43,708 nucleotides of DNA from a virus (Duplodnaviria; Caudoviricetes), in IMG/VR virus record IMGVR_UViG_3300021066_000028, positions 1-43,708 of that record. One strand, 5' to 3'. Positions 27,026-33,749 of the stretch are shown here, piece by piece. The notes below the pieces were generated by a model. The model was given only the letters and a program-made list of their open reading frames with translations, was not told where the DNA came from and ran no database searches. The position numbers were made by a program, and so were the translations under genes. Numbering within the stretch: position 1 is the first letter of the stretch; every line of letters begins with the position of its first letter.

Positions 27026-27764
27026 GGGCCTTAGCCTCCCGCTCCTTCAGCTTTGCGTCGGCTCGCTCCCAATCGCTGGCGCGGATGCTTTCGAAGCCGG
27101 ATGCGCCGAGCCAGCGGCAGAACTTCGCCATGTCGGTGCTGGTTTCCTCGCACCGAAGCCGCAAGTCGGCAGCCTGCTCCTTCGTAATGGTGTCGCCGCT
27201 GTCGGCATCGCGACCATCTGAGTCCTGCTCGACGACGATGTTTAGCGCTGCGCACAGGGCAAACCGCTTGGCATAGGTGGTCGCCGCTCCGTCGCCTTGA
27301 GCCTCACTGGATCCTGGCGGGCCTTTGCCGATGCGGGCGCCCTGCTTATTTGACCGAGAGTGTCCGCTGCGGTGGATCAGCGTGCAGGTAACCTCGACAC
27401 GGGGTTCCTTGATTTCCGTGTCGAAGGTCACAGCGAAGCCATGCCGTGCGAGGAAAGGCTGCACCTGCCGCATGATCTCTTCGTAGGGAGCATATCTATA
27501 GCGCACCTCGTCTTGCCGACTACCCGGCACGATCTTTTTAGCCTCAATCTTTGGCATTTCAGCCTGGAGATCGGCGAAGGCATCTGCGAACAAGCGCTCC
27601 GCCTCGCGTTTGTCCTCGCGCTCCTTCAGCGCAACAATGCGCTCTAGAACATCTACGTTCTGCCCAGTGATGCCGCCCTGCACAACGGCGGCGAGAAGCT
27701 GTCCGGTGCTGGGCGTGACCTGCTGTTGCGGTTCAATGACCGCGAGTGGTTGAGTGGTGTTCAT
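27018..27764 (-). CDS. erf: ERF-family single-strand annealing protein (248 aa)
   Basis: YRYAPYEEI...L..HG, TLIHRSGH, G.A.TYAKRFALCAALNI..EQDSDG. Confidence 0.85.
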   Translation of the reverse strand: MNTTQPLAVIEPQQQVTPSTGQLLAAVVQGGITGQNVDVLERIVALKEREDKREAERLFADAFADLQAEMPKIEAKKIVPGSRQDEVRYRYAPYEEIMRQVQPFLARHGFAVTFDTEIKEPRVEVTCTLIHRSGHSRSNKQGARIGKGPPGSSEAQGDGAATTYAKRFALCAALNIVVEQDSDGRDADSGDTITKEQAADLRLRCEETSTDMAKFCRWLGASGFESIRASDWERADAKLKEREAKARA

Positions 27765-27767
27765 AGG

Positions 27768-28208
27768 TTAAAATGGTTCGTCCCGAACGACTGCGTCCAA
27801 GTCGGGGTCAGCCTGCGGTCTGGGCGGTGCTTTCGGTTGCGGCTTCGGCTGCTGAGCTGCCGGCGGCCGGTCGTCCTTCCCGCCGAGAAGCTGCATCTGG
27901 TCGGCGACAACCTTCATCTTCGACCGCTTCGTGCCGCTCTGTTTATCGTCCCACGTTTCGAGCTTCAGGCGTCCCTCAATGAAAACCGGCTTACCTTTCT
28001 TCACGTATTCGCCGATGATTTCGGCGAGTCGGCCCCATGCCTCGATGTCCACGAAGGTGACCTCTTCACGCTTCTCGCCAGCCTCCGTCTTGTAGCTGTG
28101 ATTGATGGCGAGACCGAACTGGCAGACGGCCTTTCCGCTCGGGATGAACTTAACCTCTGGCTCCCTGGTGCAATTACCAATGAGCATTACTTTATTTAGA
28201 TTTGGCAT
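27768..28208 (-). CDS. ssb: Single-stranded DNA-binding protein (146 aa)
   Basis: NKVMLIGN.TREPE, VFIEGRL..ETW.DK, acidic DEPF tail. Confidence 0.95.
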   Translation of the reverse strand: MPNLNKVMLIGNCTREPEVKFIPSGKAVCQFGLAINHSYKTEAGEKREEVTFVDIEAWGRLAEIIGEYVKKGKPVFIEGRLKLETWDDKQSGTKRSKMKVVADQMQLLGGKDDRPPAAQQPKPQPKAPPRPQADPDLDAVVRDEPF

Positions 28209-28232
28209 GTTAAAAGTGCTGACTCGAACGTG

Positions 28233-28577
28233 TTAAGCCGCGAACGCCATTGGCGGAACGTTGGCTTTGGCGACAGCGGTTGGCGGCTCAACGCCAGTAA
28301 TCCGGATGTTCACGCCATCGACGACCTTGCTCCAGTGGACCCGGCCACCGGCTTCCTCAGAGGTCCACGAGTCGCGTCCGAAAATGGTCCCGGCTTCGCG
28401 GATGATTTCTCGGCGGCGACTGAACGGAATGTCCGCCACGATGACGAAGGTCAGCGATTCCGGGTAGAAGAGCCCGAGAGACTCGGGCACCTGATGGGAC
28501 CATTTGCGCGCCCAGGCGTCCGCGATTTCAAATCGAGTGCGGAGTGCTTCCAGTGGTTGAAGAATTCGGAGGTTCAT
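28233..28577 (-). CDS. Hypothetical protein (114 aa)
   Basis: ATG with A-rich upstream sequence; precedes ssb. Confidence 0.5.
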   Translation of the reverse strand: MNLRILQPLEALRTRFEIADAWARKWSHQVPESLGLFYPESLTFVIVADIPFSRRREIIREAGTIFGRDSWTSEEAGGRVHWSKVVDGVNIRITGVEPPTAVAKANVPPMAFAA

Positions 28578-28672
28578 AGGTTTGGTGTTTTATTTCTTCA
28601 CAGGGCTCACCGCCGGGTCCGTGGCCCTCCCCGGTCGGTGGTTCCCCATCTCGTCTGCTACATGAAGGAGGT

Positions 28673-28822
28673 GCGAGCGGAGCGGCTATCTCGGGTCGTT
28701 GCGGCTTTGGAGACTGCGACCCTATCCGTAGTTGCCGGAACCGATACTTTGTTGGGCGTCGCGCTTGGAAAGCGGTTAGCCTTGGTCAGAACGCCGCGCA
28801 TCTGCGCTGCTGGTCCGCTCGC
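28673..28822 (-). ncRNA. Putative structured RNA module
   Basis: Closed by a 9-bp GCGAGCGGA/TCCGCTCGC helix; internal GGGTCG/CGACCC and GCGC hairpins. Confidence 0.4.
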
Positions 28823-28831
28823 GTTTAAAAA

Positions 28832-29054
28832 GGTGACAGCGGGCCGGACGCTAACCCGGCTATTTGAGACCTTCAGCAGTGGGCGCAGTCTCTTCGTGCC
28901 TTGGCTATACGCCGCAGTGTGCCGGACCAAATCGCTCGCACCAACAGGGGCTAAGTCTTTCAGCCAATCCCCATGCGCACGATCCAGATACCCGGTAGTA
29001 ACCCCGGAGTTCCCACACTTCCGAGCGTGGCAGCTTTCCACGCATCCGCTGTCA
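28832..29054 (-). ncRNA. tRNA-like RNA with a long insert replacing the anticodon arm
   Basis: TGACAGCGG/CCGCTGTCA acceptor-like stem followed by CC; D-like GCGTGG-AAAGCTG-CCACGC; T-like GCCGG-GTTAGCGT-CCGGC; begins 1 nt after the tRNA-Arg CCA. Confidence 0.55.
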
Positions 29055-29055
29055 T

Positions 29056-29133
29056 TGGCGTCAACGGCAGGACTCGAACCCGCATCTTTCCGAGGTAGAA
29101 TCTCGGTGCTCTCTCCGGTTGAGCTACGCTGAC
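29056..29133 (-). tRNA. tRNA-Arg (TCT)
   Basis: Acceptor GTCAGCG/CGTTGAC, G73, CCA; D arm GCTC/GAGC with GGA (A20); CCGAG-ATTCTAC-CTCGG; GCGGG-TTCGAGT-CCTGC. Confidence 0.85.
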
Positions 29134-29139
29134 AAATAG

Positions 29140-29259
29140 TAGCCACGCGCTCAGCCCCAACACGGAGCCGACCGCCGCCCTGTTTTGCGATCCGATCGGT
29201 CAAGATCAGACAGGGCAACTCCTCGGTAGGGAGCGGGAAAATTGTGGTTTTCATGGCTA
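29140..29259 (-). ncRNA. Putative structured RNA module upstream of tRNA-Arg
   Basis: Closed by TAGCCATG/CGTGGCTA (its G-U pair is valid only on the minus strand); internal GCCCTGT/ACAGGGC. Confidence 0.35.
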
Positions 29260-29559
29260 GTCTCCGTATCGCTCTTCGTATTCCTCGTTCGTGATGAGCG
29301 TTGCGACGCCGGGAGCGAGGTTGATGTCTGGGAAGCCTGTCTTCTGAAGTTTGCGCGCCATCTCAGCGTATTCTTCGAGTGAGCCCATCGGGTCTCTGGT
29401 AATTCCGCCCAGCTTGAAGCGGATGCCTGCGAGGTCGCTGGGGTCTTCACAGAAGCCCGGGGCCTCCAATATGATAGTCACGCTTTTCTCGTCGTAATCG
29501 ACGAGGCAGCCGAGGAGGGAATGCTTGCCAGTCAGCGGAGTAGTTATCTTCTCGCTCAC
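29257..29559 (-). CDS. Hypothetical protein (100 aa)
   Basis: Coupled early ORF. Confidence 0.5.
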   Translation of the reverse strand: MSEKITTPLTGKHSLLGCLVDYDEKSVTIILEAPGFCEDPSDLAGIRFKLGGITRDPMGSLEEYAEMARKLQKTGFPDINLAPGVATLITNEEYEERYGD

Positions 29560-29756
29560 TTCGCACCTCCGTTCAGCGGCTTCCAGCGGAAGGCCCGCTC
29601 GTGCTTCTCATTCAGGTAGTATTCGGCGTGGCCGGTTTCGACGGCGCAGCGTTCAGACTCATGGCGAGCCTGTCGCTTTCCTGATTCGCAACTAATGTCG
29701 CCAACTATTAGGCACGCGCCAACAAGCACGCAAAGACTGGCGAAGAAGCCGCTCAT
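29556..29756 (-). CDS. Small membrane protein (66 aa)
   Basis: N-terminal hydrophobic segment; AVETGHAEYY..FRWK motif. Confidence 0.5.
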   Translation of the reverse strand: MSGFFASLCVLVGACLIVGDISCESGKRQARHESERCAVETGHAEYYLNEKHERAFRWKPLNGGAK

Positions 29757-30145
29757 CGCGCATCCTCCGTGACGGTGCAGGGGTGCCAGGTGACTCGGTC
29801 GGTGGAGTATCTTACCGTGTCGATCTGGCTCCAAAGCCAAGTAGCGATCATGTCTAATCCGGCGTATTGAATGCCGCGGCTATCAAAACCAATCACCATT
29901 ACGTCGCCTCCAGGGAGCCTTAGCCAGCAAACCGGCCCCGGCACATCCTCCGGCTTGCTCCACGCCCGCGTCACCGGCTTCGGCGCGATTCGGTAGTCGA
30001 AGCCGAGGGCCCAGTCCGGCGCTGAGGTCAGATGCCATGGGTCGCCAGTATCGCCAGTATCGCCGTGAATGCGATATTCAACATCGGCTCCATTGGCATA
30101 CGCCTCGATAATCGGCAGCAGTTCTTTCGCTCGGGTTCGGGTCAT
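29753..30145 (-). CDS. Hypothetical phage protein (130 aa)
   Basis: LLPIIEAYANG..VEY...PDW...YRIAPKP pattern. Confidence 0.6.
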   Translation of the reverse strand: MTRTRAKELLPIIEAYANGADVEYRIHGDTGDTGDPWHLTSAPDWALGFDYRIAPKPVTRAWSKPEDVPGPVCWLRLPGGDVMVIGFDSRGIQYAGLDMIATWLWSQIDTVRYSTDRVTWHPCTVTEDAR

Positions 30146-30146
30146 G

Positions 30147-30410
30147 TTAGCGGGTGGGTTGGGCGGCTTGGGTGCTGACTCGCTGCTTCGCGGCGTCCAG
30201 ATCGACGCCCCAGAACAGGCTCACAAACTCCCGAGCGTCGTTTTCGGTGAGTCGCAGCCCGCGTATCCCCCGCCGACGAATCGGGACAACCAGCGGTTGC
30301 TTGCGCCCGGGCAGGAAGTTCGGTTTCTCCGCCTCATTGATCGCGGCGTAGATGACCGACGGTGTCTTGCCGGTGATGTCCACAAGTTGCGGAACGCTGT
30401 AGAAGCTCAT
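30147..30410 (-). CDS. Excisionase-like winged HTH (87 aa)
   Basis: FYSVPQLVDITGKTPSVIYAAI...RRGIRGLRL; second gene of the leftward operon near attP. Confidence 0.55.
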   Translation of the reverse strand: MSFYSVPQLVDITGKTPSVIYAAINEAEKPNFLPGRKQPLVVPIRRRGIRGLRLTENDAREFVSLFWGVDLDAAKQRVSTQAAQPTR

Positions 30411-30414
30411 GGGG

Positions 30415-30585
30415 TTATCGGGTGGATTTCTGTTTCCTCGGCACAGCGGCGCGGCGACCGAGGTGTTTGCGGATCGCGCGGCGGTAGATGTCAGACACCG
30501 AAAGCCCCTCCTCTTGTGCCTCCTCCTCTAGGGCCTTCAGCCATGCGTCCGGAATCCGGAACCGCGCTTCAGCGTCGTATTGCAT
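30415..30585 (-). CDS. Ribbon-helix-helix regulator A (Cro-position, 56 aa)
   Basis: ARFRIPDAWLKALEEEAQEEGLSVSDIYRRAIRKHL, a CopG/Arc pattern. Confidence 0.75.
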   Translation of the reverse strand: MQYDAEARFRIPDAWLKALEEEAQEEGLSVSDIYRRAIRKHLGRRAAVPRKQKSTR

Positions 30586-30688
30586 GTCACACGATGTATT
30601 ACAACGTAAGACGGCGTGCAACACCTTTTTGTTACTTCGGTGAAATTTGTAATTCCAAACCTAGAAAATGTGTCACAACGTGAGACAC
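30586..30688. promoter_or_regulatory. Divergent promoter/operator region
   Basis: Two related 18-mers, TGTATTACAACGTAAGAC (30595) and TGTGTCACAACGTGAGAC (30669); leftward TTGCAC-17-TACATC ends 7 nt before the ATG. Confidence 0.55.
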
Positions 30689-30907
30689 GTGAAGAATCAA
30701 AAGAAACCCGAAGCGAAGAGGGTGACAATCAACGCGCGAATCCCGAAGGATCTCTATGACGAGTTCCTTGCGTGCGCGATGGATGAGGAGGAGCGCGACA
30801 ACGATTCGCTCTTGCTGAGGAGGGCGCTCCGAGTGTTCATCGACAGTCGAGACCCGAAGAAAGTGCGCGCTGCTGAACTCAAGAAACGGAACGAGGAAGC
30901 GATTTGA
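30689..30907 (+). CDS. Ribbon-helix-helix regulator B (CI-position, about 72 aa)
   Basis: KRVTINARIPKDLYDEF..CA......SLLLRRALRVFI; GTG start at 30689 (alternative ATG 30668). Confidence 0.65.
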   Translation: MKNQKKPEAKRVTINARIPKDLYDEFLACAMDEEERDNDSLLLRRALRVFIDSRDPKKVRAAELKKRNEEAI

Positions 30908-31037
30908 GCGTCAGGCGCGTTCTGCGCGCCTTGGCGAATTGGATCATGACACGGATCGCAAGCACGTCCGGCTTGCACCCAAAGCGATCCGCCAGCTTGA
31001 GAAGCTCCCGCGGAATGCGGACAGATTTTGTTTTCAT
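30879..31037 (-). CDS. Ribbon-helix-helix-like protein C (52 aa; not in the ORF track)
   Basis: MKTKSVRIPRELLKLADRFGCKPDVLAIRVMIQF. Confidence 0.45.
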   Translation of the reverse strand: MKTKSVRIPRELLKLADRFGCKPDVLAIRVMIQFAKARRTRLTLKSLPRSVS

Positions 31038-31152
31038 ACCTGGAGGCAATTTCGCAGCTTCAGCCCCGCTTGAGAACTGTACGCAGTGTCACACTGGGTG
31101 TGTCGGTGTACACCTCGCTTGTGAATAACTTTCCCGCAGACCATAACTCCGC

Positions 31153-31512
31153 ATGGCCAAACGTGTCGCAATCACCCTCTCCGACGATCTTTTCGAGGTC
31201 ATGGAGATCCTCCGCAAGCGCCGAAAATACCGGACGCCGAGCGAATACATCCAGGGCCTGATCCGCTACGACGGCCAGTCCCAAAAGGAGCACCACCTCA
31301 CGGCAGAATGGGCGGCGATAACCGGATACGAGCGGGATCGATTGGACGCCGGCATTTTGAATCTTGTCAAAACCGGCAAGGGGCGACTCGGCTCGTGGCT
31401 CGAAGCGCGAATCGAGGCGATCGTGAAGGAGCAACTTGCGGCCGGGAAGACGCCAACCAAAAAGGCGGTTGCTCAGGCTCTCGCGGAAGAAATCGCGAAA
31501 GACGCGGACTAG
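31153..31512 (+). CDS. Ribbon-helix-helix regulator D (119 aa)
   Basis: MAKRVAITLSDDLFEVMEILRKRRKYRTPSEYIQGLIR. Confidence 0.7.
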   Translation: MAKRVAITLSDDLFEVMEILRKRRKYRTPSEYIQGLIRYDGQSQKEHHLTAEWAAITGYERDRLDAGILNLVKTGKGRLGSWLEARIEAIVKEQLAAGKTPTKKAVAQALAEEIAKDAD

Positions 31513-31675
31513 GGGTTTCCGGGCACGGGGAGACGCGGGGGAGGAGTGAGGTATTTTCATGCGGAACCCCAGGGTTCGCAGCAAGGAACACGCGCGCAGC
31601 ACAGAAAGTTTTCGTTATCGCGCGCCTATTTCTACGTAGGTGAATACCCGCCCATTCATTTGCGTGAACGACTTC

Positions 31676-31908
31676 AGCCCCATTGTAAGCCCCACGTTTC
31701 CCATTGAATGCTGCATTCAACAGTGTTCCACAGCCATGCGTCAATAGACTCAAAATCTGGTGTCCCGAAAGGACGTGTGGGTTCGAGCCCCTCCGTCGGT
31801 ATCATATCCTCCGGTGCGCCTCTTGTGAAATTGGCTTGAGGGTTGCGCGAGTGTCCGGAGCGAGTAATAAGTCCAGCATGGAATCGCCAGCCCCACGCCA
31901 GCCCCACG
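31676..31908. repeat. Integrase arm-type repeats flanking the att core
   Basis: AGCCCCA(T/C) at 31676 and 31688; tandem CCAGCCCCACG at 31887 and 31898. Confidence 0.55.
31746..31804 (+). mobile_element. attP core = 3' half of tRNA-Leu(CAA)
   Basis: AGA-CTCAAAA-TCTGG, long variable arm GTCCCGAAAGGAC, T arm TTCGAGC, acceptor 3' strand CGTCGGT-A; no 5' half present; directly upstream of the integrase. Confidence 0.85.
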
Positions 31909-33026
31909 CTAGACAGAAGCGAACGGAGCCGTCGAAGGTCAGATTTCACGGACGAGACTACCCGCTCCTCTTCGAGCCTCAAGGCTGGCGGCTCCGGTCA
32001 CGGGCCAAAACACACAGAGCCGATTACCGCACCGGCACATGCAGCCTGATGATCGCGAAGGAGCGCGCTCTGCAATGGCTCCAGGAACATGAAGGCGTTT
32101 CTGAGCCAAAGAAGGGTGGCGGGAACTTGGATGCGCTGACACAACTCTACCTCTCCGCCCCGAAAACCGCGGCAGATCGCGCCGCAAAGGTGAACGTCTA
32201 TCGTCTTCGGACAATCTGCCGCAAGTCGCTCGGACGCGAGCTCGATGCTGTCACGGCGCGAGAAGTCGGGCCCGACCTTTGGGTCGCGTACCAGCGCGCC
32301 TGCATCACGGACCTCGGCGGCAAGCTCGATTACGCCACGCGGCGCCGGGAGAACATCACGATCAACTCTGCGATTCGCCTTGCGCGATCGATCTTCATTC
32401 CTCCGCTCATCCGCATCTACGAAAAGGCCGGCTTCAGCTTCCGGAGCGATTGCAACGAAACCGTGATGCGCCTACCGGAGCCAGAGATTACGCCGGCTAA
32501 GATTGATGACACGTCGATGCTTACGGCCTGGGCGAAGCTGCGCAAAGCGGATATCGCTCTTTGGCTGGTCGTCGGAATCGCTCGCTTCGCCGGCCTACGT
32601 CGGGACGAAATCAAAGCATGCCGGGCCGGCTGGCTTGAGGGCGGAGATATCGTCTTGCGCGATCGGCCGGAGGAGGGTTTCCAAACCAAGACGGGCAAAA
32701 GCTGGCGGGCACCAGTCATCAACCCTGAACTGCGCGCCTATCTCGAGGATTTTGCGGCGACCAATCCGCCAGACACGCCCGTCGTTCCGGATCCAAAAAT
32801 GCAGATGCGCGCATGGTGGTTTGAACGGGTTCCACAGGATTGGTTGAAAAAGCACGGCATTATCGACCAGAAGCCGCTCCATCGACTCCGCAAGCTCTAC
32901 GCCGACCACCAGCGCGAACTGATGCACGAATTGCTTGATCGCGAAGCGAAGGGCGTGAAGGCCGCGCAAGATGCCCTCGGGCACACAACTCCAGCGACCA
33001 CAAAGCGCAGCTACCTTTCGCGCTGA
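31878..33026 (+). CDS. int: Tyrosine integrase (382 aa)
   Basis: AGLRRDEI (R), TKTG (K), HRLR, LGH, C-terminal Y; ATG at 31878 downstream of attP. Confidence 0.92.
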   Translation: MESPAPRQPHARQKRTEPSKVRFHGRDYPLLFEPQGWRLRSRAKTHRADYRTGTCSLMIAKERALQWLQEHEGVSEPKKGGGNLDALTQLYLSAPKTAADRAAKVNVYRLRTICRKSLGRELDAVTAREVGPDLWVAYQRACITDLGGKLDYATRRRENITINSAIRLARSIFIPPLIRIYEKAGFSFRSDCNETVMRLPEPEITPAKIDDTSMLTAWAKLRKADIALWLVVGIARFAGLRRDEIKACRAGWLEGGDIVLRDRPEEGFQTKTGKSWRAPVINPELRAYLEDFAATNPPDTPVVPDPKMQMRAWWFERVPQDWLKKHGIIDQKPLHRLRKLYADHQRELMHELLDREAKGVKAAQDALGHTTPATTKRSYLSR

Positions 33027-33376
33027 TGCCCTACGAACCCGAAAAGCAGAAGGCGTATCTGAAGGCCTACTACGAGCGCCGGAGGAGTGATCCAGCGTTC
33101 ATCGCGGCGAGGACGGCAAACAAACAGGCGCAGCGGGCCACGCCAGAGGGTCAGGCGAGAGAAATCGAGATCGACCGCAAGCGCCGGGAAAGGAAGAAGC
33201 CGACGCACGCATTCCGCCGCTTCAACCTCGACGACGAGACCGACGCAGCCGCCTACCTCGCCTTTCTCCGGCTTCTCACCGCCGGCTCCGTGAAATACAC
33301 CGAGCGAGTCCGGGGAACGAATGTTACAGTGACCGTTCTCAAGGTCGACATGGCCCGGCTGCAAAGAAAATCTTGA
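33026..33376 (+). CDS. Hypothetical basic protein (116 aa)
   Basis: TGATG coupling to int. Confidence 0.55.
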   Translation: MPYEPEKQKAYLKAYYERRRSDPAFIAARTANKQAQRATPEGQAREIEIDRKRRERKKPTHAFRRFNLDDETDAAAYLAFLRLLTAGSVKYTERVRGTNVTVTVLKVDMARLQRKS

Positions 33377-33400
33377 CCCGGTTTGACGACGGTGTAGAAG
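33373..33400 (+). promoter_or_regulatory. Putative promoter containing TGACGACGGTGT box 3
   Basis: TTGACC-16-TAGAAG with the box at 33384-33395. Confidence 0.5.
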
Positions 33401-33406
33401 AAAGAC

Positions 33407-33493
33407 GTTCGCAACTGCTACTGCGTTCAACGATTTCGCTCAAAGAGAAGCCGCTGGATCGAAGGTAGCAGTTCGCCAGCGGCTTTTCGCTTT
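33407..33493 (+). ncRNA. Kissing-loop leader/attenuator, copy 3
   Basis: CGCA-ACTGCTAC-TGCG, then AAGCCGCTGG..GTAGCAGT..CCAGCGGCTTTT; the two loops are complementary. Confidence 0.6.
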
Positions 33494-33518
33494 GGCAAGC
33501 GGGCGAGTTCTTTGAGTT

Positions 33519-33735
33519 CAGTTGCGGTCGAGGCAGCACTCGGTTCACGATACGGTGCGGGTGCAAGGTGTCCAAATGAGTATGATAAGCTCCTTGGGTG
33601 CTGCGTAAAACGTAGGCGTCGCCACACGCCAATTGCCCGCAACTGAACTCAGAGAGCCGCAGCGCCCCACAGTGAGGGGGATCATTGGTTAGGCGAACCG
33701 GATGCGGAATCCGTTGCCTGCCCCATGCCAATGAG
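33519..33735 (+). ncRNA. Putative structured RNA upstream of the HNH gene
   Basis: CAGTTGCGG/CCGCAACTG, GCAGCACTC/GGGTGCTGC, GGCGT/ACGCC; second module TCATTGG/CCAATGA with CGGAT/ATCCG. Confidence 0.45.
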
Positions 33736-33749
33736 AACAACCCAACCAC

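Noticed and set aside
29090-29106. Amber-suppressor (CTA) reading of the tRNA anticodon loop
   Set aside because: The CCGAG/CTCGG stem centres TCT; shifting by one breaks the pairing, and A20/G73 fit Arg.
28230-29254. 300-aa (+) and 198-aa (-) ORFs across the RNA array
   Set aside because: Both run through an intact tRNA and have non-protein-like composition.
30041-30065. TCGCCAGTA tandem repeat
   Set aside because: In-frame 9-bp duplication (GDTGDTGD) of no evident significance.
31746-31804. Complete tRNA-Leu gene
   Set aside because: No acceptor 5' strand or D arm upstream; interpreted as the attP core.
31704-31877. N-terminal extension of the integrase in the ORF track
   Set aside because: It spans the att core; ATG 31878 gives a normal-sized integrase.
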